Shown here: in pieces, positions 62,404 through 64,000 of the stretch
Position numbering within the stretch: position 1 is the stretch's first letter
Layout: every line of letters begins with the position of its first letter
Origin: Paraspadella gotoi
Lineage: Eukaryota > Animalia > Chaetognatha
Direction: 5' to 3'
NCBI GenBank assembly: GCA_051294375.1
Contig: CM119266.1
Coordinates: 19,042,611-19,106,610, forward strand
Length of the DNA: 64,000 bases
Position numbers and translations under genes: made by a program
Notes under the pieces: model-generated
What the model was told of the DNA's origin: nothing
The model's input: the letters and a program-made list of their open reading frames with translations, nothing else
The model's database searches: none

Positions 62404-64000
62404 GACAATTTGTGAAAGCATTAACAGAAAAAAGAAAACCGTGAGAGAGAGAGAGAGAAGAGAGAGAAGAGAGAGGAGAGAGAGAGAGGAGAGAGAGAGA
62501 AGAGAGGAGAGAGAGAGAGAGAGAAACTAANNNNNNNNNNNNNNNNNNNNNNNNNNNNNNNNNNNAAACTAAGTTTAAAGTTTCCAACAAAGAATTGAGA
62601 AAGGACAGTGGTAAGTGGTGAGGACAGATTTTAGGTAAGGTTGTTGAAACATGTACGATTATGAAAATAAAATCGTTGTTTGAAAACTAAATAATTTCTT
62701 TATCTATGAAAACCTAAAGACGAAACGTAAACTTGACGCTGAACTGAGGGAAAGAGAGGTAATTATGGTCATAATATTAAAAACCATAACAATTGCACAG
62801 ACAGAAAGGACAGATTATAATCCTAAACGCTTAATTGAGAAATCCGTCCAAATTTTTGGCGAGCGAAAACCACCTGACATCTACGCGGCGCGGCCTTTTT
62901 ATCTCCGTAGCGCGGCCCTCTCCCCGCGACGGAACGCTGCCGCCCATTCTCGCTCTCGCTGGCCGGCAGGACCCGCTTCGGCTGGCCGGATCGCGAGAGG
63001 CTCTAATGATCTCCGATGATGACTTGATCTTCCTTTGAACGCGCCTCATAAAAGCGCGCGGTGCGGGAGATGATTTCCCTGCAGCGGCGGGAGGCGGAGG
63101 CTGACGCNNNNNNNNNNNNNNNNNNNNNNNNNNNNNNNNNNNNNNNNNNNNNNNNNNNNNNNNNNNNNNNNNNNNNNNNNNNNNNNNNNNNNNNNNNNNN
63201 NNNNNNNNNNNNNNNNNNNNNNNNNNNNNNNNNNNNNNNNNNNNNNNNNNNNNNNNNNNNNNNNNNNNNNNNNNNNNNNNNNNNNCTCTCTCTCTCCTCG
63301 GTCGCAGCGCGATAGAGAGAGAGAGAGGATGATTTTTTGTCGTCTTTTTGCCTTTTGGGCCGGCGACTAATGATGGTCTTAGTTATGACATCTCCATTCA
63401 TTCATTCATTCCTTGGCATTCATTCGTTTCTCGTTCGCCCATTTATTTGCCGCGCTATCGGGCCGGAATTCCCGTCCCCTTCGCCATTGTCTAAGACAGA
63501 TTCCAGCTCCTCCTCCCTTTGCAGACTCACTCCCTCTCCCTCTGCCTTTTAACCAAACCCTCCCTGACAACCCCTTACCCTGAATCGCGCAATCCTCTAA
63601 TTTGCATAAAGGTTGCCTCGTCAAGAAATTATTAGCGTTATGATGGAAAAAGAGAATTCTTTGTCGGGTTCTGGCACAGAAATTAGGAAGCAAAAATGGG
63701 GAAAAAACTCCTCTATTTATAATATGAAAAAATATTATTTATTTTTTAAACATTATATCCATCTCTTAATTTACTACAATATGCTTGTTAATTAAGCCTT
63801 GACAAGGTATTGACTATTGCTAATTAATTTTTTTTTTTGGTAATCGTCTGATGACTTTAAATTTTATTGACTTTTACATTACATTTAAGTAAATTCATGT
63901 AAATTCAAAATTAAGTGAGTTTTAAACTTTAAAGGTTAGGTTATAGCTTAGGGACATTAGTTAGGGATTAAGGTGCAGTATTTGGTAAGAGATTAGGGTT

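Overview
Invertebrate animal nuclear DNA with AT-rich introns, GC-richer exons, many (GA/CT)n microsatellites, four N-gaps and signs of long-read indel error. Six plus-strand multi-exon genes can be built by hand from phase-consistent splice junctions: (1) an SLC6 amino-acid-type Na+/Cl- transporter, 5'-partial; (2) a ZDHHC3/7-like palmitoyltransferase; (3) a 14-exon, ~1,960-aa protein at 18.3-28.1 kb that I cannot assign to a family, carrying two degenerate globin-like domains, Gly/Arg and Gly/His repeats and CxC clusters; (4) a divergent ephexin/SGEF-type DH-PH-SH3 RhoGEF with altered catalytic residues; (5) a divergent Piwi with an intact DEDH tetrad; (6) Shox, 3'-partial. Non-coding highlights: a complete 746-bp miniature LTR element with hairpin-rich LTRs, a TSD and an extended tRNA-Trp-like PBS; four minimal hammerhead ribozyme motifs of the Penelope type, three within inverted duplications; Helentron/DINE-1-like repeats; and a ~9.5-kb inverted duplication that may be an assembly artefact. 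All gene models and family calls come from reading the sequence and recalling motifs, not from database searches.
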